Shown here: positions 24,276 through 32,000 of the stretch, piece after piece
How positions within the stretch are numbered: the first letter of the stretch is position 1
Layout of the letters: every line of letters starts with the position of its first letter
Assembly (NCBI RefSeq): GCF_003012735.1
Contig: NZ_PXYI01000011.1
Span: 1 to 32,000 of the forward strand
Length of the DNA: 32,000 nt
Direction of reading: 5' to 3'
Source of the DNA: Allosphingosinicella deserti
GTDB taxonomy: Bacteria; Pseudomonadota; Alphaproteobacteria; Sphingomonadales; Sphingomonadaceae
The notes under the pieces: generated by a model
Seen by the model: the letters and a program-made list of their open reading frames with translations, nothing else
What the model was told of the DNA's origin: nothing
The model's database searches: none
Made by a program: the position numbers and the translations under genes

Positions 24276-25216
24276 GACGCGAAGCTCGCGATCAGGGACG
24301 TGCTGCATTCGAAATGCATACCGTCCTCGACTCCGAACCCGGCACCCCAATACCAGCCCCGGGCATTGAAGAAGGGCGCGAGCAGCAGAAGGCCGTGCTG
24401 GACCTTGCTGTCCCCGCGCGGATCGAGCCGTCCGCCGATCTTCAGATCGATGGCCGTGCCCCAGCTGTGATTGGAAATGGCAGTGGATGAGCCGCGTTGC
24501 AGGCGGCACACCGTCATCCCTGCCGAGCTGATTGCATTGTAGAGGGTCGGGACCGCGGCCTGCACGTCGCTCATCACCTGGCGGAGGCTCTGAACCGCCG
24601 GGCGCAGACCGGTGGCGCGGAACGGGCCGACCGATTCGGTGACGAGCATGCGCTTGAGACGCTCGTTGGTGATCGGCTGATCGTTCTGGCTGTAAGTCTC
24701 CCGCGGGGAGCCGAACTTCTCCAGCAACACCCGGTTGGACGGCGAGTGCAGGCCCTTGTTGATCGTGTTCCGTGCCGGCTTCGGCAGCAAGGTCGTGTAG
24801 GATATCGAATTATTGGCGGGGATCGGGGCCGGTGCCGATGCGGGGAGCGGCGAGGCTGCCGAATGCGTCGGCGGCGGAGACTCTGGCCCGGCTGAGGTCG
24901 CCGGCGACCATCCGGTGCGAACCGGGGTCCTCACCGGAGTCACGTAACGGATCGGGGTGGATCCGGGGAGACCCTGCCCGCCCACTTGTCCGGTGAGGTG
25001 TCGCCAGGTGGTCGCGTTCGGCTCCACCAGTCCGTCAGGGTGGCGCAGGAAGCCGTTCTGGTAGTGGATTATCGCGGAGATGGTCCTCGGCCCGCAGCGT
25101 CCGTCGACCAGTCCGAGGCGCATCCCGGCGCGTGTCAGCAGAGTCTGGACGGCGATCGTGTCGCTCCTCTCGTTCACCCCGTTGATCCCAACCGAACATC
25201 GCAAAGCTGCTGTCAT
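24272..25216 (-). CDS. Peptidoglycan-binding domain, Pro/Ser/Ala linker and M15_4-like LAS zinc peptidase with no signal peptide: candidate T6SS cell-wall effector E1
   Basis: ATG 25216 follows GGAG by 6 nt (the ORF also opens at GTG 25228). The N-terminus (GINGVNERSDTIAVQTLLTRAG ... DGRCGPRTISAIIHYQ) fits PG_binding_1. The C-terminus carries SNHSWGTAID and EDGMHFE. Confidence 0.78.
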   Translation of the reverse strand: MTAALRCSVGINGVNERSDTIAVQTLLTRAGMRLGLVDGRCGPRTISAIIHYQNGFLRHPDGLVEPNATTWRHLTGQVGGQGLPGSTPIRYVTPVRTPVRTGWSPATSAGPESPPPTHSAASPLPASAPAPIPANNSISYTTLLPKPARNTINKGLHSPSNRVLLEKFGSPRETYSQNDQPITNERLKRMLVTESVGPFRATGLRPAVQSLRQVMSDVQAAVPTLYNAISSAGMTVCRLQRGSSTAISNHSWGTAIDLKIGGRLDPRGDSKVQHGLLLLAPFFNARGWYWGAGFGVEDGMHFECSTSLIASFAS

Positions 25217-25313
25217 GCGCCACTCCACTGCTGTTGCTGGTGTTGTTGCTGGCCGATGTGACTGTCCCGGCGGTCTTCTTCCTGTCTCCGGGCCGAGAAG
25301 CTTAAGCCGCCGC

Positions 25314-28064
25314 TCAGCGGGCGTCTATCGTCACGGCAACCGGGCCTGCCTCGGGAGCGGCGATTTCAATCGTCTCCGGGGCGGCCGGTGAAGCGGCCGC
25401 GCCGAGCTGGTCGCCGAACGCGTAGACGAAGCCCTGCGGACCGGCATCGACGTGGATCGATTCGGTCTCGTCGCCCCTGATCTGACGCTCGAGCAATGCG
25501 ATCGACAGTTCCGGGAGCATCGTGTTGGTCAGGATCGCGTCGATCATGCGTCCGCCGGATGCGACCTCGTTGCAGCGGGAAACGATGAGATCGACGACCG
25601 CGTCGGCATAGCTGAAGCGGATCTTGTGATTGTCGCCGATCCGGCGCTCGACCCGCTTCAACTGAAGCCGAACGATGCTGCTGAGCATGTCCGGGCTGAG
25701 CGGGTAATAAGGCAGCACCAGCAGGCGGCCGAGCAATGCCGGCGGAAACACCTTGAGCAGTTCGGGGCGGAGCGCGCCGGCCAGCGCTTCGGGCTCGGGC
25801 TTCATCTCCTCGTCCTCGGAAAGGCTCATCACCAGATCGGTTCCGGCATTCGACGTCAGCAGGATGATCGTGTTCTTGAAATCGATGAAACGGCCTTCGC
25901 TGTCGTTCATGAAGCCCTTGTCAAAGACCTGGAAAAACATCTCGTGGACGTCCGGATGGGCCTTTTCGACCTCGTCGAGCAGCACCACCGAATAAGGGCG
26001 CCGGCGAACCGCTTCCGTGAGCACACCGCCCTGGCCGTAGCCGACATAGCCAGCCGGGGCGCCTTTGAGCGTCGAGACCGTGTGCGCCTCCTGGAACTCG
26101 CTCATGTTGATCACGATCAGCGAATCGTCGCCGGAAAAGAGCAGCTCCGCCAGCGCGTGCGCAGTCTCCGTCTTGCCGACGCCCGATGGGCCGCAGAGCA
26201 TGAACACGCCAACCGGCTTGTTGGGATTGTCGAGCTTGGCACGGCTCGTCTGAATGCGTTTCGCGATCGCGTCCATCGCATGATCCTGCCCGACGACCCG
26301 CGCCTTCAGCTGATCGGCGATGGTGAGCACGCTCTGGATCTCGTCCTTGACCATCCGGCCGACGGGAATGCCGGTCCAGTCCCCGACCACGGCCGCCACC
26401 GCATCGTGATCGACGACGCCGAACACCATCGGCGCATCCTCTTGCGCCGCGCGCATCCCGGCGATCGCCTCGTCCAGGGCGGCACGGAGCTCAGCCTCCG
26501 TCTCCGGTGCCGCGTTCTCGCCATCGGCACGCGCATCGCGCAGCGCATCGCGAGCCTGCGTGACGGTCGCCAGCGCTTCCTTTTCGCGGGCCCATTTCGC
26601 ATCGGCCGCCTCCAATGCGCTCCGTGCCTCGACCAGTTCCTCGTCGATACGATCGAGCCGGTCGTCGGCGCGATATTGGCCGGCCGCTTCCCGCGCGACG
26701 ACGTCTCTTTCCACCTCCAGCAACTGCACCTTCCGGCGTCGGTCTTCCACCGGCGCAGGTGTCGCATGCTGGGAAACGGCGACCCGGGCGCACGCGGTGT
26801 CGAGAAGGCTCACCGCCTTGTCGGGCAGCTGCCGCGCCGGAACGTAACGCTGCGACAGCAGGACCGAAGCCGCGACGGCCTCGTCCAGTACGACGACTCC
26901 GTGATGGTCCTCCATCATCGGGGCGACGGAGCGCAGCATGTCGATGGCCCTGGGCGCTTCGGGCTCGCTGACGTCGACCGTCTGGAACCTCCGGGTAAGC
27001 GCAGGGTCCTTTTCGAAATATTGCCGGTATTCGGCGTAGGTGGTGGCGGCAATGGTCCTCAGCCGGCCGCGCGCCAGGGCCGGCTTCAGCAAATTGGCGG
27101 CGTCGCCGGTACCGGCCTGCCCGCCGGCCCCGATCAGGCTGTGGGCCTCGTCGATGAACAGCACGATCGGCGTCGGCGAGCTTTCCACTTCGTCGATCAC
27201 CTGACGCAGACGCTTCTCGAACTCGCCCTTCATGCTCGCACCGGCCTGCATCAGCCCGATGTCGAGAGCCCGGAGCGAAATCCCGGTCAGTGCCGGCGGC
27301 ACGTCTCCATCGACGATGCGCTTGGCGAAGCCTTCCACCACCGCCGTCTTGCCGACCCCGGCCTCTCCGACGAGGATCGGATTATTCTGGCGGCGGCGCA
27401 AAAGGATGTCGACCAGCTGCCGGATTTCGGCGTCGCGCCCAACGACCCCATCGATCTCGCCCGAGCGGGCCCTGGCGGTGAGGTCGATGGAGAATTTCGC
27501 CAGCGCTTCGCCGCCGGCGCTGCCGCCACCCGTGTTGCCGGGTTCCGCACCCGCAGAGACATTTGCGGGTGCGTCGACGATGGTCGTTTCGGAAGAACCG
27601 CCGACCAGGTGATCGAAATCCGTGCCGAGGGTCTCGACTGCGACCTTCCGCCACTCGCCGCTGAGCGAGAACAATGCGTTCCGCAGCGTCGGCGATTTCA
27701 GCATGCCGTGGAGAAGGTGCCCCGTGCGCACCCGGGCCGCTCCGAACTGGAGCGAAGCGTACAGCCAGCCCTTTTCGATCGCTTCCTCGATCTGTGGCGA
27801 GAAGTCCGAGATCGCGGTCGCGCCCCGGGGAAGCGCATCGAGCGCCGCCACGACGTCGGTGGTCAGCTTGGCATCGTCCAGGCCGAATGCCGATCGGATC
27901 GCGGCCACGTCGTTGCGCGGATCCTGTAACAGGATGTGCACCCAATGCGCCAGCTCCACATAGGGGTTGCCGCGCATCTTGCAGAAGCTGGTCGCCGTCT
28001 CGATGGCCTTGAGGGCGGTCGGGTTCAAGCGGCCGAACAAGGCGGTGCGGCTGATCTCGGTCAT
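25314..28064 (-). CDS. clpV: T6SS AAA+ ATPase ClpV (TssH)
   Basis: The start is MTEISRTALFGRLNPTALKAIETATSFCKMRGNPYVELAHW. There are two Walker A sites (GEAGVGKT, GPSGVGKT). The ATG overlaps the tssG stop (ATGA at 28061-28064). Confidence 0.97.
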   Translation of the reverse strand: MTEISRTALFGRLNPTALKAIETATSFCKMRGNPYVELAHWVHILLQDPRNDVAAIRSAFGLDDAKLTTDVVAALDALPRGATAISDFSPQIEEAIEKGWLYASLQFGAARVRTGHLLHGMLKSPTLRNALFSLSGEWRKVAVETLGTDFDHLVGGSSETTIVDAPANVSAGAEPGNTGGGSAGGEALAKFSIDLTARARSGEIDGVVGRDAEIRQLVDILLRRRQNNPILVGEAGVGKTAVVEGFAKRIVDGDVPPALTGISLRALDIGLMQAGASMKGEFEKRLRQVIDEVESSPTPIVLFIDEAHSLIGAGGQAGTGDAANLLKPALARGRLRTIAATTYAEYRQYFEKDPALTRRFQTVDVSEPEAPRAIDMLRSVAPMMEDHHGVVVLDEAVAASVLLSQRYVPARQLPDKAVSLLDTACARVAVSQHATPAPVEDRRRKVQLLEVERDVVAREAAGQYRADDRLDRIDEELVEARSALEAADAKWAREKEALATVTQARDALRDARADGENAAPETEAELRAALDEAIAGMRAAQEDAPMVFGVVDHDAVAAVVGDWTGIPVGRMVKDEIQSVLTIADQLKARVVGQDHAMDAIAKRIQTSRAKLDNPNKPVGVFMLCGPSGVGKTETAHALAELLFSGDDSLIVINMSEFQEAHTVSTLKGAPAGYVGYGQGGVLTEAVRRRPYSVVLLDEVEKAHPDVHEMFFQVFDKGFMNDSEGRFIDFKNTIILLTSNAGTDLVMSLSEDEEMKPEPEALAGALRPELLKVFPPALLGRLLVLPYYPLSPDMLSSIVRLQLKRVERRIGDNHKIRFSYADAVVDLIVSRCNEVASGGRMIDAILTNTMLPELSIALLERQIRGDETESIHVDAGPQGFVYAFGDQLGAAASPAAPETIEIAAPEAGPVAVTIDAR

Positions 28065-29095
28065 TGCAATTCCCCCGGTGCGCCATGGGCGATTCTGATA
28101 CGGCGTAAATGAGCATCCGATCGGATGCGAGACGTCTTCTGCGGGCTCAACCACCCCGTCCATCCCAAACGGGTCCGGCCGTCGAGCCGGGCTGGAGGAA
28201 CGAGCTGCTCCTCGAGTTCCAAGCGGATGTCCCATTCGAGGTGGCCAGGGGCGAACGCCTCGAGCGCTTCCGAGGCGATCGCGAACCGTTCGCTGGTCGG
28301 CAGAAGCCTTTCGAACTCGTCGGCCGATCGCGCGCGGATGACCACGCTGAACGCATCCGATGCCGTTCGAATGCGGCTGCCGAGCACCAGATCGTCGCCG
28401 AGGCGAGCGAAGCTGCGTCCCAGGCGGCTGCGGTCATCGACGGGAATCTCGCGCCAGCGGGGCTGGAACTGGTGGATCCGGACCGGTTGGCCGAGAAGCT
28501 GGCTGAGAGCATCCTCGATCGCGATGGCGCTGCGGCGGGACGCGAACAGGGCCGCATAATAGACCCGCGCCCGCTTCGGAAACAAAGCACGGTCGGATAC
28601 GCCTTCGGCGGCGCCCGAGAGCGCTGCGAGATAGCCGGCGAACCGGTCGTCATCCGGTCGGTCGGCGTGGACGACAGGTTGGGAATCGCCCCAGGCACGG
28701 AAGAAGAATTGCAGCATGCGATTGGCGAGGACGTCCAGCCAGCGTCCGAACGGCCGCTTCTTCGCGTATCGGTGTTCGAAGGTCGCGAACTCGGTGAGGT
28801 GAATGGGCAGGGCGCCCTGCGGCCCGGTCAGCCCGAGCCAGTATCCGTTGAGCTGCGGTCGTCCGTTCCGGAACTCGACCGATTCCAGCGTCGGCGCCGG
28901 AAAGTGCATCGCCGGAACCTGGGCGAGATCGACGATGCTCTGGCTCGGCCGCCGCGCACGGCCGACGCGCGGAAGCTCCGGCGCGCGTGCCTCGGCTCCG
29001 CGCACCGCCGGGAACATGCCGAACCGCCGCGCAGCGTCGCCGACGCGCTTCAGGAAGCTCAGATGTTGTGTTGGCGGCCCATCCGCGGCGGCCAT
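28061..29095 (-). CDS. tssG: T6SS baseplate protein TssG (ImpH)
   Basis: It lies between tssF and clpV, with the typical N-terminus LSFLKRVGDAARRFGMFPAVRGAE. ATG 29095 follows GGGGAG by 8 nt. ATG 29134 is an alternative start. Confidence 0.88.
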   Translation of the reverse strand: MAAADGPPTQHLSFLKRVGDAARRFGMFPAVRGAEARAPELPRVGRARRPSQSIVDLAQVPAMHFPAPTLESVEFRNGRPQLNGYWLGLTGPQGALPIHLTEFATFEHRYAKKRPFGRWLDVLANRMLQFFFRAWGDSQPVVHADRPDDDRFAGYLAALSGAAEGVSDRALFPKRARVYYAALFASRRSAIAIEDALSQLLGQPVRIHQFQPRWREIPVDDRSRLGRSFARLGDDLVLGSRIRTASDAFSVVIRARSADEFERLLPTSERFAIASEALEAFAPGHLEWDIRLELEEQLVPPARLDGRTRLGWTGWLSPQKTSRIRSDAHLRRIRIAHGAPGELQ

Positions 29096-30921
29096 TGCGC
29101 GAACTCCCCTTCGTTCGGGCTGTAGAAGCTGCATTCGGTAAATGCGTTTATACTGGCGAACTCGGCCAGGAAGCGTTCGAGAACCGCAGTGAACAGGAAC
29201 ATGCCGCCCTTGTCGAAGGCGGCGTCGTCCAGCTTCATCCGGATGCGATGCCCGCGGGCCAGCGCCATCCGGTCGAGCCCGGGCACCCGGCGCATGACCT
29301 TGCTGGATCGGATGGCGAGGACGCCATCGATCTGCCGGCGGAGGGCCGCATCGTCCTGGCGGCCGTAAAGCGCGAGGTGATCGCGCAAGGCGGACGGATC
29401 CTCATGGTCCTCGGGCGCAAGCGTCATGTAATTGGGCGTGAGATGGGCGATGACCCGCCAGGCAGCATCGCCCAGGCCCAAAGGCGGCCGTGGGCGCGTG
29501 GGCGCTCGCAGCACCGAGATCGCGCGGGCGGGGACACCGGACGCCACGAAATGCTTATCGCCCCGAAAGGTGAGCAGCTCGGGGAGTTCCCGATTGGTGA
29601 CCAGCGCCCGGACCGAAAGTTCATGGACATCCTCGATCCGCGCCGGGTCGCCTGGCGAGGTCAGGCTCAGCCAGGTTTCGGTGCCGACATATTCGCTGCG
29701 ACGGCGCAGCCGCTGCTCACGAGTCGAGAGCCGCCGCGGCCGGAGCTGCGACGAGTAGAACAAGGCCTCGCGCCAATCATAAAGCAGCGCCCCGAAGGCG
29801 TAGAGCGGGGCGACCGTGCGGGCGTCGAGATTGTCGCGGGCATAGGCCTTCACCTCGAGCGGGCGGAACACTTCGAAATCGTAGCGCCGGGTGCGATCGG
29901 GGATGAGGTGATATTCATGCTCGTGCGGGCGGACCTGCACTCGATCGAGCTGCTTCTCGAAGAGGTTGATGGCCGGGCTCGCGTAGAGCTTGAAATTGCT
30001 GACATCGACGGCACGCGCCAGCACCGGCGACGACCGGCCAAACAGCAGCACGACGTCGCAGGCCTTGGGGGATGTTCGGAACGCGCGGTCGAGCTGCATC
30101 AATCGCGCGAACAGGAACCGCTCCGGGCAGGCGAAATATTCTGAGAGGAGCCGGTAACCGCGAAAGGCGCGCTGCTCGGCGGGGAGCAATGCATCTTCGT
30201 CCTCGAAGCCGACCTGTTCGGGCCGGGGCAGCGACATCCAGGCGGCATTGGCGGGCGCATCGGCGGAGCGGGCGAGCACCGCCTGCGTCTCTCCGATGAG
30301 CTGCCGGTACAATTCATTGGGCACAGCTTCCGCGCCATGAAGATAGAGTGGCAGCTCTTTCGGAAGCACCTGGGGCAGCTCGGCGCCCGCGGTCGCGGCG
30401 AAGCGCAATCGCAGGCCGGCTTCGGCCCGTACCTTGGCCGCCGCGGCAAAGGGCGCGACAGCAGCGCGGGTCGACAGATATTCCGCCTCGACGATCTTGA
30501 GCGGCCAAAGCGTTACGTCGTGACCGGTGCGGAAGATGACGGGGGCATTGTCCTGATCGGATGCCGTCGCGATCAATTGCGTACCCCTGGGGACGCGATG
30601 GCCCTTCAACAGGATCTGATCACCTTCCTGCGGCTCGAAGCCCGCGATGCAGATCGACGGCATCGGCGCCAGATAATGGGGCTGGATGGCGTGAAGCAGA
30701 TGGGAGGTGAACTCCGGATACTGGTCCGCCATCTTGAGCTGCACGCGAGCGCCGAGATAGGCGACTCCTTCGAGCAGCCGTTCGACGTAAGGATCCGGAT
30801 CCGTCGGGGTCTTGAGGCCGAGGCGCCCTGCGACGCTTTCATGCTCCTCGCCGAACTCGCGTGCGGCTTCGCGCAGATAGGTCAGTTCGTCGTTGTAGAA
30901 GCGCAGGAGCCGGGGATCCAC
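29059..30921 (-). CDS. tssF: T6SS baseplate protein TssF (ImpG)
   Basis: GTG 30921, 4 nt after the tssE stop, gives VDPRLLRFYNDELTYLREAAREFGEEHESVAGRL, the canonical TssF N-terminus. The longer ORF upstream overlaps tssE and is Arg/Ser-rich. Confidence 0.92.
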   Translation of the reverse strand: MDPRLLRFYNDELTYLREAAREFGEEHESVAGRLGLKTPTDPDPYVERLLEGVAYLGARVQLKMADQYPEFTSHLLHAIQPHYLAPMPSICIAGFEPQEGDQILLKGHRVPRGTQLIATASDQDNAPVIFRTGHDVTLWPLKIVEAEYLSTRAAVAPFAAAAKVRAEAGLRLRFAATAGAELPQVLPKELPLYLHGAEAVPNELYRQLIGETQAVLARSADAPANAAWMSLPRPEQVGFEDEDALLPAEQRAFRGYRLLSEYFACPERFLFARLMQLDRAFRTSPKACDVVLLFGRSSPVLARAVDVSNFKLYASPAINLFEKQLDRVQVRPHEHEYHLIPDRTRRYDFEVFRPLEVKAYARDNLDARTVAPLYAFGALLYDWREALFYSSQLRPRRLSTREQRLRRRSEYVGTETWLSLTSPGDPARIEDVHELSVRALVTNRELPELLTFRGDKHFVASGVPARAISVLRAPTRPRPPLGLGDAAWRVIAHLTPNYMTLAPEDHEDPSALRDHLALYGRQDDAALRRQIDGVLAIRSSKVMRRVPGLDRMALARGHRIRMKLDDAAFDKGGMFLFTAVLERFLAEFASINAFTECSFYSPNEGEFAQWPPRMGRQHNI

Positions 30922-30925
30922 GGCG

Positions 30926-31459
30926 CTACTCCCGCACGTCGACGGCGACCGTCTCCGGATCGACTTCGGTCCGGAACTTGACGGGCATCGCGTGGGCGGC
31001 GGCCGTGATGTCTCCCCGGATGACGAAGGTGACGGCATTGTGCCGGTCGGGATTGTCGGCGGGTTCGACGGTGAGCGAGCTTTCGGCCAGGCGCGGCTCG
31101 AACAGGCGGATCGCCCTGCGGATCTCGCGTGCGCGGTGGAGGATCGCACGGCGGGTGAGCGCCTTGCCGGCAAGGTCGCTCAGGCCATAGTTCAGGACCG
31201 AGCTCTGCACCTGCGGGTAAGGCGCCAGGTCGTGAAGGGCTTCGATATTGGTGGTGTTGAGCAGCCAGGCGAGCTCCCGGCGGATCGTCGCCCGCAAAGC
31301 CGCCTCGTTGAACCGTTCCAGCTTGGGGACGGCATAATGACGGAATTTCTCCCGCGAGACCTCGGGCGCCTCCGAATGGATGTCGCGCAACCCGGAAATC
31401 TCGATATCGGCGACGAGCTTGTCGAAAAGGGTCGGCGTCAGCCGATGGCGTACTGCCAT
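30926..31459 (-). CDS. tssE: T6SS baseplate protein TssE (gp25-like, ImpF)
   Basis: 177 aa. It begins LTPTLFDKL and contains IRRELAWLLNTTN and SVLNYGLSDLAGK, GPW/gp25 family hallmarks. Confidence 0.92.
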   Translation of the reverse strand: MAVRHRLTPTLFDKLVADIEISGLRDIHSEAPEVSREKFRHYAVPKLERFNEAALRATIRRELAWLLNTTNIEALHDLAPYPQVQSSVLNYGLSDLAGKALTRRAILHRAREIRRAIRLFEPRLAESSLTVEPADNPDRHNAVTFVIRGDITAAAHAMPVKFRTEVDPETVAVDVRE

Positions 31460-31463
31460 GGGC

Positions 31464-32000
31464 TCAGGCGAAACTCAGTTCGCGCAGCGACAGAAGGGGA
31501 TGATCCTCACCGCTGGAGAGCGTCCAGAGGCGCTGGCCGAGCCCGATCGCCACGCCTCCCGCATCCTTCCACGTGGTTGCATGTCCGAGCCGCTCGGCGG
31601 CGTTCGACGAGGTTTCCGATCCAGGATAGCGCGCCGGCAGGAAAGCGGCAACGGACTGGCCGGATTTGAAGGCGATCTGAACAGGGTACCAGATGAGATC
31701 CCGAAGATCCCGCGGTCCTTCGCTGGTGATGCGCGCGACCTGATCGAAGGCTTGCAGGCCGTACCGTCCGGCAACGATCACTTCGAAACAGGGACCGAAA
31801 CGGGCGTCCGCGTCCGCGATCCAATCGAACGCCGTGCCGTTGAACGTACCGGGCGTATCGGGAGCCGCGTCGAAGGCGGTCGCCCTGGCGGCTTCTGCGG
31901 CCTCGAACCGGCCCTGGCCGAGTTCGGAGATCGCATCGATCACGCCTTCGGCCCACGGCGTTTCGATCTGCTGCCGGGCGCGTTGGCGACCGGCAAATAC
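31464..32000 (-). CDS. tagJ: T6SS accessory protein TagJ/ImpE, C-terminal part (gene starts beyond the right edge)
   Basis: The frame is open to position 32000. The C-terminus (DWIADADARFGPCFEVIVAGRYGLQAFDQV ... LRDLIWYPVQIAFKSGQSVAAFLPARYPGSE) matches the ImpE family pattern. It sits directly upstream of tssE, as in imp clusters. Confidence 0.8.
   Translation of the reverse strand, partial: VFAGRQRARQQIETPWAEGVIDAISELGQGRFEAAEAARATAFDAAPDTPGTFNGTAFDWIADADARFGPCFEVIVAGRYGLQAFDQVARITSEGPRDLRDLIWYPVQIAFKSGQSVAAFLPARYPGSETSSNAAERLGHATTWKDAGGVAIGLGQRLWTLSSGEDHPLLSLRELSFA

Noticed and set aside
25228-25252. Imperfect CTG/TTG trinucleotide tract just upstream of the E1 start (CAG/CAA on the coding strand), considered as a phase-variation switch
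   Set aside because: The units are interrupted (CTG CTG TTG CTG GTG TTG TTG CTG). The tract lies outside the likely coding start at 25216, which makes slippage-based switching unlikely.
25452-27929. 825-aa ORF antisense to clpV
   Set aside because: This is the same GC artefact. The minus-strand frame has two Walker A sites and the ClpV N-domain, and the antisense product has no motifs.
28109-30981. Multiple plus-strand ORFs (338, 385 and 214 aa) opposite tssG and tssF
   Set aside because: They are antisense GC artefacts. The tssF and tssG frames carry the family-typical N-termini and operon spacing.

Overview
High-GC (about 65% by eye) chromosomal segment that looks alphaproteobacterial, with two parts. 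Right part (about 10.9-32 kb): one end of an imp-type type VI secretion system (T6SS) cluster on the minus strand (tagJ/impE partial, tssE, tssF, tssG, clpV). The same tightly packed gene string continues into two peptidoglycan-binding LAS/M15 metallopeptidase genes without signal peptides. Each sits next to a small gene for a signal-peptide or lipoprotein partner, and a SAM-methyltransferase gene lies between the two pairs. Converging on this string from the plus strand is a DUF1795 (Eag-type chaperone) gene, then a 1487-aa PAAR-Rhs effector with an AHH-like C-terminal nuclease, then eight small immunity-type genes, three of them paralogs. Left part (1-9.4 kb) is a patchwork accessory region. 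It holds the end of an IS3-family element, five same-orientation copies of a 130-200 bp structured repeat, and an inverted pair of diverged paralogous secreted-protein genes. That pair flanks an Imm11/DUF1629-like gene and a small membrane-protein gene. The region also holds several small secreted proteins, a vapBC toxin-antitoxin pair, a 3' half of tRNA-Gln(UUG) that looks like an island attachment-site remnant, and a Tai4-like orphan immunity gene. No rRNA, intact tRNA or CRISPR array was found. All family names come from motif recognition by eye; no searches were run.
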